64,000 bases of DNA from Dehalococcoidia bacterium (lineage in GTDB: Bacteria > Chloroflexota > Dehalococcoidia > UBA2979). The DNA lies in assembly GCA_965219085.1 (NCBI GenBank), contig OZ244720.1:2944001-3008000 (forward strand), written 5' to 3'. Below, piece after piece: positions 11,314 through 20,667 of this stretch. The notes under the pieces were generated by a model. That model saw only the letters and a program-made list of their open reading frames with translations. It was not told the origin of the DNA and did no database searches. The translations under genes and the position numbers were made by a program. Positions within the stretch are counted from its first letter, which is position 1, and each line of letters opens with the position of its first letter.

Positions 11314-13803
11314 CTACCCCTCCCCCTCACGCCCAACCCCTGCCACCGGCGCAGCCGCCGCTTCCGAGGTCTCGTCACCCGCGTCATCGTCCCCGAGGAG
11401 GACGGGGCGGGAGCCGCCGCCACCCTCCGGCGCGCCGACGATGCCACGCTCCTCGAGCTCGTCCATCACGCGCGCGGCGCGCGGGTAACCGATGCGCAGC
11501 CGGCGCTGGAGCAGCGACGTCGAGAGTTGGGTGTGGTCGCGGGCGAGTTGCAGCGCCTCGGTCACCATCGGGTCCACGTCGGGAGGCGGCCCCCCGGGCA
11601 CGAGGTCGGCCGCCGTCTCCTCGGCCTCGGCGAGGAGGTCGTCGAAGCGCGGGGGTCGCAGCGACTCGAAGCGGCCCGCCGTCCAGAAAGCGACGACGGA
11701 CTCGATCTCCTCGTCGGAGACATAGACGCCCTGGAGGCGCGTCGGCTTCCCCTGGTCCTTCGGCTGGTACAGCATGTCGCCCTTGCCGAGCAGCTTCTCC
11801 GCTCCCCCGCCGTCGAGGATCGTGCGTGAGTCCACCTGCGAGGAGACCGCGAAGGCGATCCGCGTCGGGAAGTTCGCCTTGATCAGGCCCGTGACCACGT
11901 CGACCGAGGGCCGCTGCGTCGCCACCACCAGGTGGATGCCTGTCGCGCGCGCGAGCTGTGCGAGGCGCACGAGCTGGTGCTCCACCTGGTACGGCGCGGC
12001 GAGCATCAGGTCCGCGAGCTCGTCGATGACCACGACCCAGTACGGGAGCGCGTGCTCCTCGTCGCGCTCGTTGTAGGTCTCGATGTTGCGCACGCCGACC
12101 TTGGCGAACGCGCGGTAGCGCGTCTCCATCTCCTGGATCACCGCCTGGAGCGTGCCGACCACCTTGTCCATGTCGACCACGATGTCGCTGAAGGCGAGGT
12201 GCGGGATGTCCGCGAACGCCGTCAGCTCGACGCGCTTCGGGTCGACGAGCACGAGCCGGAGCTGTTCCGGCGAGTAGTTCATGAGCAGGCAGGCGATGAT
12301 CGAGTTGAGACACACCGACTTGCCCGAACCGGTCGCGCCGGCGATGAGCAGGTGCGGCATGTCGGCCAGGTCCGTCACCGCCTCGGCGCCTGCAACACCC
12401 GAGCCCAGCGCGATCGGCAGGTGGTACTTCTGCGCCGCCTGCTCGAACCCTGGCGACTCGAGCATGCTGCGCAGCGACACGACCGAGGTGTGTCCGTTCG
12501 GCACCTCGATCCCGACGATGGACTTGCCCGGCACGGGCGCCTCGATGCGCAGCGCGGGCGCGGCCAGCGCCAGCGCCAGGTCATGCTGAAGCGATGTGAT
12601 GCGGCTGACGCGCACGCGCGTCCGCGACACCTCGATCTCCTTGGTCCGCGGCTGACCGTCGTCGTCGAGGATGGGCTTGCCGTCGGCGTCGCGCTCCTCG
12701 ACGGTCTTGGTGCGCACGTTCCAGCCGGGCTCGACGCCGAACTGCGTGACGGCGGGCCCCTCGTTGATCTGGGTCACGGCGGAGTCGACGCCGAACGAGG
12801 CGAGGGTCTCCACGATCAGCTCCGCGCGCCGCTCGTTGCTATGGGCCGCGGGCGCGGCGGGTTCGATCTTGCGGAGCAGGTCCATCGGCGGGAGCTGCCA
12901 GCCGTCGGTCGAGTGCCGCCAGGCGGCGGCCTCGTGTTCCATGTCCATCGGGATCTGCACGGCCGGGCGGTCCGAGTCGTCGTCATCCTCGGCCTGCTCC
13001 TCCTCGTCGGGGACGTCGAGGCTGGCCGGCGCCGGGGCTTCGTCTGCGCCCGTGTCGGCCTCGTTGGCGACAGCGGCGGCAGCCGCGGCACTCCCGTTCG
13101 CGACCGAGGCAGCGTGGCGGGCGCGCAGGGCCGCGATCTCGGCTGCGTTCGGCACGTCCGACTCGCCGACGCGCTTCACGCTCGCGACGAGCGCGGCGAG
13201 GGTCTGCCGCGGGCCGTGACGCCACACCCACACGCTCGTGCGGATGCTCGCGCGCGGCGTCGCACGGGCGATCCGCGCGGACGTGCGCGGCCACAGCAAC
13301 GTGAAGCCCGCGCACGCCGCCAGGAGCCACCCGAGGCCGGCGAGGGTGCTGCCGCTCAGCCAGCGGCCGGCCTCGCCGCCCGCGGAGGCTGCATCGAGGC
13401 CGACGCCGCCAATCACGACGTCGGGCCGCCAGAGGCCCAGCAAGCCGCTGCTGAAGACGAGCAGCAGCGCGGCGCCGAGCAGGTGACGCTCGCGGTGGCG
13501 CAGCCAGCGCAGGCGTCGCGTCGCGACAAGTGCGCCGAGGGCCGCGAGCAGCGCGACGAGCGTGAAGACGTGGATGCCCAAGAACTCGACGAATCCATCG
13601 CGCGCACTCGCGAGCACGTCCGCGACAGGGACTGCGTCGAGGGGCAGCAGGTAGATGAGGATCGCGGCGGCTGCAACGACGAGCGCGCCGCCGGTGGTCT
13701 CGGAGCGTACGACGCGTCGCAGGCGTCGGGTCCAGGGGGTGCGGGCCTTCGCGGTGCGAGTCGCCGCGGGGCGCGTGGATGGGCGGGTCTTCGTTCGGGC
13801 CAT
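11314..13803 (-). CDS. ftsK: DNA translocase FtsK/SpoIIIE
   Basis: N-terminal TM helices, MPHLLIAGATGSGKS, IDELADLM, ATQRPSVDV, GAEKLLGKGDML, gamma domain SLLQRRLRIGYPRAAR. Confidence 0.97.
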   Translation of the reverse strand: MARTKTRPSTRPAATRTAKARTPWTRRLRRVVRSETTGGALVVAAAAILIYLLPLDAVPVADVLASARDGFVEFLGIHVFTLVALLAALGALVATRRLRWLRHRERHLLGAALLLVFSSGLLGLWRPDVVIGGVGLDAASAGGEAGRWLSGSTLAGLGWLLAACAGFTLLWPRTSARIARATPRASIRTSVWVWRHGPRQTLAALVASVKRVGESDVPNAAEIAALRARHAASVANGSAAAAAAVANEADTGADEAPAPASLDVPDEEEQAEDDDDSDRPAVQIPMDMEHEAAAWRHSTDGWQLPPMDLLRKIEPAAPAAHSNERRAELIVETLASFGVDSAVTQINEGPAVTQFGVEPGWNVRTKTVEERDADGKPILDDDGQPRTKEIEVSRTRVRVSRITSLQHDLALALAAPALRIEAPVPGKSIVGIEVPNGHTSVVSLRSMLESPGFEQAAQKYHLPIALGSGVAGAEAVTDLADMPHLLIAGATGSGKSVCLNSIIACLLMNYSPEQLRLVLVDPKRVELTAFADIPHLAFSDIVVDMDKVVGTLQAVIQEMETRYRAFAKVGVRNIETYNERDEEHALPYWVVVIDELADLMLAAPYQVEHQLVRLAQLARATGIHLVVATQRPSVDVVTGLIKANFPTRIAFAVSSQVDSRTILDGGGAEKLLGKGDMLYQPKDQGKPTRLQGVYVSDEEIESVVAFWTAGRFESLRPPRFDDLLAEAEETAADLVPGGPPPDVDPMVTEALQLARDHTQLSTSLLQRRLRIGYPRAARVMDELEERGIVGAPEGGGGSRPVLLGDDDAGDETSEAAAAPVAGVGREGEG

Positions 13804-13907
13804 GGTGATGCTCCCGGTCCGGCCGTCCCCCGCCAGCGACGCCGGTACCTTCGAGGCTGGACTACACCTCCGTCGTTCGCCTCCCTCGGCGGGCGTCGTC
13901 GCCCGCG

Positions 13908-15569
13908 CTAGACCTCCACCGTGACCGGCAGCACCAGCGGCCGGCGGTGGGTCTCCTTGTAGAGGTGGCTTGCCACCTCGTCCTTCAGTCTCTCACGCAT
14001 GCTCGTCCAGTCGAGTTGGCGCCCCTCCCCGCCGAACAGGTCGACGACGAGGCGGCGCACGCCCTCGATCATGTCGGCCTCGTCGTCGGGGCTGACGAAG
14101 CCGTGCGACATCACCTCGGGCACGCCGGCCAGCGTGCCGTGCTGGCGGTGGATCGCCGCCACGACGACGAGCATGCCGTCCGACGCCAGGTGCTGGCGGT
14201 CGCGCAGCACGATCTGGTCGATATCGCCCACGCCGAGGCCGTCGACGTAGACGTAGTCCGCCGGGACGCTGTCGGCGACGTAGGCCTCGTCCTCGGTGAT
14301 CTCCAGCACGTCACCGTCCGTGAGCACGAAGGCGTCCTCGGGGTGCATGCCGAGGTCGAGTGCGAGCTCGCGATGATGCACCAGGTGGCGGTGCTCGCCG
14401 TGGATGCCGACGAAGTACTGCGGCTGGACCAGGCTGTGGACGATCTTCAACTCCTCGCGCGCAGCGTGCCCGCGCACGTGCACGGGCGCGATCAGGCTGT
14501 AGATGACCTTCGCGCCCGCGCGGTACAGGTTGTCGATGTTGCGGTAGACGAGCGCCTCGTTGCCCGGGATGGGGCTCGAGGAGAGGACGACGGTGTCGCC
14601 CTCCTGCACGGTGACGTGCTGGTGGGTGCCGTTCGCCATGCGCGTCAGCGCCGATGTGGGCTCGCCCTGCGCGCCGGTGCTGATCACGATCGTGCGTCTG
14701 TCCGGGTGGTCACGCATCTCGCGCGGGTTCATGAGCAGGTTGTCGCCCGCTTCGAGGTAGCCGAGCTCGCGCGCCATGCGCACGTTGTTGACCATCGAGC
14801 GGCCTGTCACGAAGACGCGGCGGCCGTGCTTCTCAGCGGCGTCGATCACCATCTGCACGCGCGAGATCAGCGAGGCGAACGTCGCCACGATGACGCGGCC
14901 CTCGGCCTCCCCGATCACCCGGTCGAGCGTTTCGGCGACGGTCTGCTCCGAGGGGGTGTGGCCCTCGATCTCCGCGTACGTCGAGTCGGCGGCGAGCAGC
15001 AGCGCACCCTCGCGGCCGACCTCGGCGAGGCGCATGAGGTCGGTGTGTTGCCCCATGGGGGGCGTGTGGTCGAGCTTGAAGTCGCCGGTGTGGACGATGG
15101 GCCCGCGCGGCGTCCCGATGATCAGCCCGGCCGCGTCCGGGATGGAGTGCGCGACCGCGAAGAACTCGACGGAGAACGGGCCGACGTTGATCGTCTGGCC
15201 CGGCTCCACGACCTGGACGTGCGTGTCGTCGCTCAGGCGGTGCTCACGCAGCTTGACGTCGACGAGGCCGCGCGTGAGCCGGGTGCAGAACACCGGCACG
15301 TTGACCTCACGCAGCAGGAACGGCAGCGCGCCGATGTGGTCCTCGTGGCCGTGGGTGAGGAACACCGCCTGCAGGCGCGAGGGGTCGTCGAGGATGTACT
15401 CGAAGTCCGGGATCACGAGGTCGACGCCGAGCATCTCCTCCTCGGGGAACATCAGCCCCACGTCGACGGCGATCGCCTGATCGTCGTACTCGTAGAGCAT
15501 CATGTTGCGCCCGATCTCGCCGAGGCCGCCGAGCGGGATCATGCGGACGGGCAGGGTGTCGTCGGTCAT
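13908..15569 (-). CDS. rnj: Ribonuclease J
   Basis: PLGGLGEIGRNM, THGHEDHIG, HSIPD, GDFKLD, GAQGEP, HVRGH, HGE. Confidence 0.96.
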   Translation of the reverse strand: MTDDTLPVRMIPLGGLGEIGRNMMLYEYDDQAIAVDVGLMFPEEEMLGVDLVIPDFEYILDDPSRLQAVFLTHGHEDHIGALPFLLREVNVPVFCTRLTRGLVDVKLREHRLSDDTHVQVVEPGQTINVGPFSVEFFAVAHSIPDAAGLIIGTPRGPIVHTGDFKLDHTPPMGQHTDLMRLAEVGREGALLLAADSTYAEIEGHTPSEQTVAETLDRVIGEAEGRVIVATFASLISRVQMVIDAAEKHGRRVFVTGRSMVNNVRMARELGYLEAGDNLLMNPREMRDHPDRRTIVISTGAQGEPTSALTRMANGTHQHVTVQEGDTVVLSSSPIPGNEALVYRNIDNLYRAGAKVIYSLIAPVHVRGHAAREELKIVHSLVQPQYFVGIHGEHRHLVHHRELALDLGMHPEDAFVLTDGDVLEITEDEAYVADSVPADYVYVDGLGVGDIDQIVLRDRQHLASDGMLVVVAAIHRQHGTLAGVPEVMSHGFVSPDDEADMIEGVRRLVVDLFGGEGRQLDWTSMRERLKDEVASHLYKETHRRPLVLPVTVEV

Positions 15570-15585
15570 CGTACGTTCACTCGAT

Positions 15586-16302
15586 TCACAGCAGTGCGCG
15601 CTGCTCGGACGCCGGGAGCGGCGCCGCAGCGGCAATAGGGGCGTCGGCGTCCGCCGGGGTGTCCGAGGGCCCCTCGTCGCGGAGCGCTCGCGCCTCGTCG
15701 AGGAGTGCGGGGATACGCGCAAAGTCGGCGGCGATGACCGCCCGCAGGTCGCCGCGACGGAGCGCGGCGGCCGGGTGGAACATCGGCATGACGAGGCGGT
15801 TGTCGAAGCGCTGCGGCTGGCCGTGGATGCGGCTGATGGTCTTGCCCGGGAACCAGCGCGCCATCGAGAAGCGGCCGAGCGTCACGATCAGCAACGGGTC
15901 GACGAGCGCGATCTGACGTTCGAGGTAGGGCTGACAGGCGGCGATCTCCTCGGGCTGCGGGTCGCGGTTGCCGGGCGGCCGGCACTTCACGACGTTCGCG
16001 ATGTGCACCGTCTCGCGCGACATGCCGATGTCGCCGAGCAGTTCGTCGAGGAACCGCCCGGCCGCGCCGACGAACGGGAGGCCCTGCTCGTCCTCGCGCG
16101 CTCCTGGCGCCTCGCCGATGCACATCACCTCGGTGGGCGCGGGGCCGGAGCCGGGCACGGTCTGCGTGCGCGTGCGCGCGAGCCCGCACGCGGGGCAGTC
16201 GGCGATCTCCTCGTAGAGCTCGACGAGCGCGGGCGTGCCCGTGCGCCGCGCGCCCTCGATGGCGGGCGAAGCGTAGGCGGGGTCGGCGGTCGAGTCCGTC
16301 AT
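15586..16302 (-). CDS. Uracil-DNA glycosylase family 4 ([4Fe-4S])
   Basis: CPAC, GEAPG..ED..G.PFVG.AG, NVVKCRPPGNRDP, HPAA. Confidence 0.93.
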   Translation of the reverse strand: MTDSTADPAYASPAIEGARRTGTPALVELYEEIADCPACGLARTRTQTVPGSGPAPTEVMCIGEAPGAREDEQGLPFVGAAGRFLDELLGDIGMSRETVHIANVVKCRPPGNRDPQPEEIAACQPYLERQIALVDPLLIVTLGRFSMARWFPGKTISRIHGQPQRFDNRLVMPMFHPAAALRRGDLRAVIAADFARIPALLDEARALRDEGPSDTPADADAPIAAAAPLPASEQRALL

Positions 16303-16380
16303 ACATCGCCATCCTAGCATGTCCGGGCGTGGGAACGGTGCTATTGCGTATGCAGATGATCGCACTGGTCAACGGCGCGA

Positions 16381-17163
16381 CTACCCGCGCGGCCGCACGA
16401 TCCAGGCGAGCCCGATACCGAAGGCGTAGAGGATGATCATCGGTCCCGCGACCAGCGACTGCGTCACCGGGTCGATCGTCGGGGTCGCGATCGCCGAGAC
16501 GACGAAGGCGCCGATGATCGCGATGCGCCACCAGCCGAGCAGCCGCCGCCAGTGCACGACGCGTATCCTCGCGAGGCCCATGATCAGGATCGGCATCTCG
16601 AAGACGAACCCGAGGAGCACGAGCAGCCGCAGTGTCAGGTCCATGTAGCTGCTGATCCGCGGCTCCGGCGCGGCGAGCTCGCTCCCGAACTGGAAGAGGA
16701 AGCTGTAGGCCGCCGGCAACACGACGAAGTAGCAGAAGGCCAGGCCGGTCAGGAACGCCAGCGAGGCGCCCAGGGCGATCGGGTAGAGCCAGCGCTTCTC
16801 CTGCTTCGTGAGTGCGGGGGCCACGAAGCGCATCGTCTGGTAGACGAGCACAGGCATCGCTACGGCCATGCCGCACGCCAGGGCGATGCGGAAATAGACG
16901 CCGAGGTTCTCCAGCGGGTCGACCTGAGTCGGCCTGAAGCCGGGGACGTCCGACGCCGGTTCGAGCAGGATCTCCCAGATGGCGAAGTTGATCGGGGGCG
17001 CGAAGAAGACGCCCATCCCGACGACGATCGCGCCGGCCATCCAGGTGACGCGGGAGCGAAGCTCCAGGAGGTGACCCAGCAGGGTCATCTCGCCGCCGGT
17101 CTCCTCGGGCGGCGGGTCGGGTGGCTCGGAAGGGGGGTCGGGGTCGACGGACGTGACCATCAA
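16381..17163 (-). CDS. tatC: Twin-arginine translocase subunit TatC
   Basis: HLLELRSR, YQTMRFVAPAL..EK, FEMP, ATPTIDPVTQ. Confidence 0.95.
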   Translation of the reverse strand: MMVTSVDPDPPSEPPDPPPEETGGEMTLLGHLLELRSRVTWMAGAIVVGMGVFFAPPINFAIWEILLEPASDVPGFRPTQVDPLENLGVYFRIALACGMAVAMPVLVYQTMRFVAPALTKQEKRWLYPIALGASLAFLTGLAFCYFVVLPAAYSFLFQFGSELAAPEPRISSYMDLTLRLLVLLGFVFEMPILIMGLARIRVVHWRRLLGWWRIAIIGAFVVSAIATPTIDPVTQSLVAGPMIILYAFGIGLAWIVRPRG

Positions 17164-17165
17164 CG

Positions 17166-17654
17166 CTACTCGTCGCCGGAGCGGCGTTCAGTGTCTGTTG
17201 GGTCTTCCTCGTCGCCGGCGGGCAGTTCGCGAGGCGTCTGCAGCGCGCCGGCCGGCGCCGAGGGCGTAGCGGGTGCGGCAGTGGTGGCCGGGGTGGTGGC
17301 CAGGCCACTCCGAGGTGCGGACCGCTGCGTCGGCTCGGCGCTCGAGATGGCCTCGCTCGTGGAGCGCCCGATGTCGCGCAGCTCGCTGCGGGTCTCCGCG
17401 ACGGTGTTCTGGATGCCCTCGCTCAGTTCGGCGCCGACGGCCTCGAGCTCTTCCTTCTGCGCCTCGACCTCGGCCTCGAGCTCCTGGATGGCGCCGCGCA
17501 CGTCGTTGGTGACCTCGGTCGCGTAGCGCCGGGCCATGCGGTAGTAGCGCCCGCCCTGGCGGGCGATCTCCGGGAAGCGCTGCGGGCCCACGACGATGAG
17601 CGTGATCACGAAGACCACGAGCGCTTCGGCAGCCCCGACGCCTAAGAGTTCCAT
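17166..17654 (-). CDS. tatB: Twin-arginine translocase subunit TatB/TatA
   Basis: G..E.LVVFVITLIVVGPQRFPE, amphipathic helix, acidic tail; adjacent to tatC. Confidence 0.85.
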   Translation of the reverse strand: MELLGVGAAEALVVFVITLIVVGPQRFPEIARQGGRYYRMARRYATEVTNDVRGAIQELEAEVEAQKEELEAVGAELSEGIQNTVAETRSELRDIGRSTSEAISSAEPTQRSAPRSGLATTPATTAAPATPSAPAGALQTPRELPAGDEEDPTDTERRSGDE

Positions 17655-17748
17655 GGTGTGTTGATGATACGCCCGGCGGGCGTCAGCGGATCGCACCAGG
17701 CGCGCGCCGGGCGGCCGGACCGCCCGAGGCGACCTGTCGCGTGCGGCG

Positions 17749-18006
17749 CTAGTCCTCGATGCCGAGGTCGTGCAGGAAGTCGATCGCGTCCTGCACGGTC
17801 TGGATCTTCTCGGCGTCCTCGTCGGAGATCTCGATGTCGTTGCCCTCGCCGGAAAACTCCTCTTCGAGCGACATAATCAGCTCGACCAGGTCCAGTGAGT
17901 CTGCGTTCAGGTCGTCGACGAACGACGCGTTCGGCGTCACGTCCGCCTCCTCCACGCCCAGCTGTTCGACGATCATCTCGCGCACGCGCTCGTAGGTGGT
18001 TGGCAC
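17749..18006 (-). CDS. acpP: Acyl carrier protein
   Basis: [20 protein letters not shown] phosphopantetheine motif. Confidence 0.97.
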   Translation of the reverse strand: MPTTYERVREMIVEQLGVEEADVTPNASFVDDLNADSLDLVELIMSLEEEFSGEGNDIEISDEDAEKIQTVQDAIDFLHDLGIED

Positions 18007-18065
18007 TGTCTCATCCTCTCGCGTGCGGCTGCCTTCGGCCGCGACGAATGCAGGTTATCCGAGTC

Positions 18066-18515
18066 TCACTCCGGGGTCTGCCCCTGGGCGACCTCCGGCT
18101 CTGGCTGCTGCGCTCCGGCGATGGATCCCAGCACGCCGTGTACGAACCGGCCGGAGGACTCAGAGCCGTAGCCCTTGGCGAGTTCCACCGCCTCGTTGAT
18201 CACGACGGCCACCGGAGCGCGCCGATTATCGAAGCAGATCTCGAAGATGGCAAGGCGCAACACGTTGCGGTCGACGGGCGCCATCTCCCCCAGCGGGAAC
18301 GCGGGCGCGCGCTCCCCGATCATCGCGTCGATTTCCGGCAGGTGCTGGCCGACGCCGTCGACGAGCTCCCGCACGAAGCCCGACGCCTCCTCGGAGAGGC
18401 CGGTCTCGTCGAGGTGCCGGGCGAGGACGTCCACCGGCTCGTGGCCGGACTGGTCGGCTTCGTACAGCGCCTGGAAGGCGATGATGCGCGAGCGGCGTCG
18501 CGATCCGGTCGGCAT
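18066..18515 (-). CDS. nusB: Transcription antitermination factor NusB
   Basis: RRRSR..AFQALY, DRNVLRLA, VVINEAVELAKGYG, FVHGVL. Confidence 0.96.
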   Translation of the reverse strand: MPTGSRRRSRIIAFQALYEADQSGHEPVDVLARHLDETGLSEEASGFVRELVDGVGQHLPEIDAMIGERAPAFPLGEMAPVDRNVLRLAIFEICFDNRRAPVAVVINEAVELAKGYGSESSGRFVHGVLGSIAGAQQPEPEVAQGQTPE

Positions 18516-18552
18516 GGCTGCTACAAGCCCGCCCGGGCGCGCGGGCGCGCCG

Positions 18553-19317
18553 TCATCGCATCACGAGCCCGCCGTCGACGTGCAACGTCTGGCCGGTGAT
18601 GTACGCGGCGCCGTCCGAGGCGAGGAACGCGACCAGCGGCGCGATGTCCTCGGGCGTTGCGTGGCGGCCCAGCGGGACCATGTTGAGGATGGCGTTCTTC
18701 TGGTCTTCGGTCAGGTGCGCCGTCATGTCCGTCTCCACGAACCCCGGTGCGACCGAGTTCACCGTCACGTTGCGCGAGGCGACCTCGCGCGCGACAGAGC
18801 GCGTGAAGCCGATGATGCCGGCCTTGGCGGCGGAGTAGTTCGCCTGCCCGGCGTTGCCCATGGCCGCCACCACCGAGGTGATGTTGATCACCCGCCCCCA
18901 GCGCGCGCGCGTCATCTGGCGCAGCGCCAGCCGGGTCGCATGGAAGGTGCCGGTCAGGTTCGTCTCGACGACCTTGTGCCATGCCTCGTCGGTCATGCGC
19001 ATCACGAGCCCGTCGTCGGTCACGCCCGCGTTGTTCACGAGGATGTCGACGCCGCCGTGCGCCTGCCGCGCCTCCTGGAAGAGCTGTTCGAGGTCTTCCT
19101 TGTTGCGCACGTCGACGCGCACGGTCGAAGACTCGGTGCCGATGTTGCGCAGGTCGCCGGCGACGGCGTTCGCGAGGAGTTCCTCGCTGCGGTAGGTGAT
19201 GATCACGCGCGCGCCCTGGCGCCCGAGCTCCATGGCGATGGCGCGGCCGATGCCGCGCGCGCCCCCGGTGACCACGGCCGTGCGCCCGGCGAGCGCGAGG
19301 TCCGCCTGCGGGCTCAT
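18553..19317 (-). CDS. fabG: 3-oxoacyl-ACP reductase
   Basis: TGGARGIG, NNAGVTDD, GNAGQANYSAAK, VAPGFVETDM, YITGQTLHVDGG. Confidence 0.96.
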   Translation of the reverse strand: MSPQADLALAGRTAVVTGGARGIGRAIAMELGRQGARVIITYRSEELLANAVAGDLRNIGTESSTVRVDVRNKEDLEQLFQEARQAHGGVDILVNNAGVTDDGLVMRMTDEAWHKVVETNLTGTFHATRLALRQMTRARWGRVINITSVVAAMGNAGQANYSAAKAGIIGFTRSVAREVASRNVTVNSVAPGFVETDMTAHLTEDQKNAILNMVPLGRHATPEDIAPLVAFLASDGAAYITGQTLHVDGGLVMR

Positions 19318-19322
19318 GGCGT

Positions 19323-20279
19323 CTACTCGGCCTCTTCGCCGCGCGCGTCGGCGGCGGTCGCGACGTTGCGGCCCTCGGCGGAGCGCTCGGTGCGGCGCAG
19401 CGCGCCGGTCAGCACGCGGCCCGGGCCGAACTCGGTGAAGGAGGTCACGCCCGCTCCGAGCATCGCGCGCACGCCGTCGACCCACAGCACGGGGCTCGTG
19501 ATCTGCGAGGTCAGCTCGCCGGCCAGCTCGCCGGCCGCGGTCAGGTTCTGCCCCGTGACGTTCGAGACGACCGGGATGCCGGGGTCGGTGAACGCGGCGT
19601 CGGCCAGCACGCTGGCCATGCCGTCGGCTGCGCCCTGCATGAGCGGCGTGTGGAACGCGCCCGCCACGGCGAGCGGCACGATGCGCGACGCGCCGGCCTC
19701 TTCGGCCGCTGCGGTTGCCGCCTCGACGGCCGCGACGGCGCCGCCGATGCTGACGTTGCCCGGTGCGTTCTCGTTGCAGACGGCCGCGCCGTTCGCGGCG
19801 CAGATCTCCTCGACCTGGCCGCGCTCGAGGCCGAGCACCGCGGCCATCGTGCCGGGTACGGCGTCGCACGCGTCCTGCATGAGACGGCCGCGCTCGCGGA
19901 CGAGGCGGATGCCGTCCTCGAAGCTGATCGCGCCGGCGGCGATGAGCGCGGCGTACTCGCCGAGCGAGTGCCCGGCGACGACCGCCGGGCGGTGCGTGAC
20001 GGTGCCTGCGTCGATGGCCGCGACGAGCGCGGCGATGCCGTGCGCGACAAGCGCGGGCTGCGTGTTGACCGTGCGCGTCAACTCATCCTCGGGGCCCTCG
20101 AAGCAGAGCCCGGAGAGCGAGAAGCCGAGGGCCTCGTCGGCGGCCTCGAAGACGGCGCGCGCGGCGGGGATCTCGTCGTGCAGGTCCTTGCCCATGCCGA
20201 CGTGTTGGGCGCCCTGGCCGGGGAACAGCCAGGCCTGGTCGGCGGCGGCGGGGAGGTCGGGGATGGTGACGGGGGACAT
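19323..20279 (-). CDS. fabD: Malonyl-CoA:ACP transacylase
   Basis: FPGQGAQ, TQPAL, GHSLGEY, GAFHTPLM, PVLW. Confidence 0.96.
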   Translation of the reverse strand: MSPVTIPDLPAAADQAWLFPGQGAQHVGMGKDLHDEIPAARAVFEAADEALGFSLSGLCFEGPEDELTRTVNTQPALVAHGIAALVAAIDAGTVTHRPAVVAGHSLGEYAALIAAGAISFEDGIRLVRERGRLMQDACDAVPGTMAAVLGLERGQVEEICAANGAAVCNENAPGNVSIGGAVAAVEAATAAAEEAGASRIVPLAVAGAFHTPLMQGAADGMASVLADAAFTDPGIPVVSNVTGQNLTAAGELAGELTSQITSPVLWVDGVRAMLGAGVTSFTEFGPGRVLTGALRRTERSAEGRNVATAADARGEEAE

Positions 20280-20385
20280 GCGTACTCCATCGGTTCGGTG
20301 CGGGTGGGTGGGGGCGACGAACGCCGGAGGCAGTATGGCGCGCGGCGTGCAGCGGCGCTACTGCCGGGTCAGTGGATGAGGGAGG

Positions 20386-20665
20386 CTACTCTTCGTGTAC
20401 CGGGACGTACCGCACCGACGCCATGATCCGATCGAAAAGAGAGTCCGCGTCCGCCTCGGGTAACCCGATCTCGGGCCACAACGTGGAGCGCCCCACCTCC
20501 TCTCCCGTTACCTCGTCGATGCCGAGGCTGTAGCCGCTCTTCGGGTCTGTGAGCGAAATACTCAGTCCAGAGCCTGCAAACTTACGACCCAGAGTGGTAC
20601 ACCTGCGCACCAGCGGACACATCGATGACCCACGGCGGCAACGCCTTCAGGCGGTATGTCCCCCT
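20386..20665 (-). pseudogene. C-terminal fragment of the interrupted LuxR-HTH membrane protein (1-bp frameshift near 20588)
   Basis: RGTYRLKALPPWVIDV... continues after a frameshift into ...LTDPKSGYSLGIDEVTGEEV...LFDRIMASVR*; no start of its own; joins in frame to the fragment ending at 23050. Confidence 0.55.
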
Positions 20666-20667
20666 AG

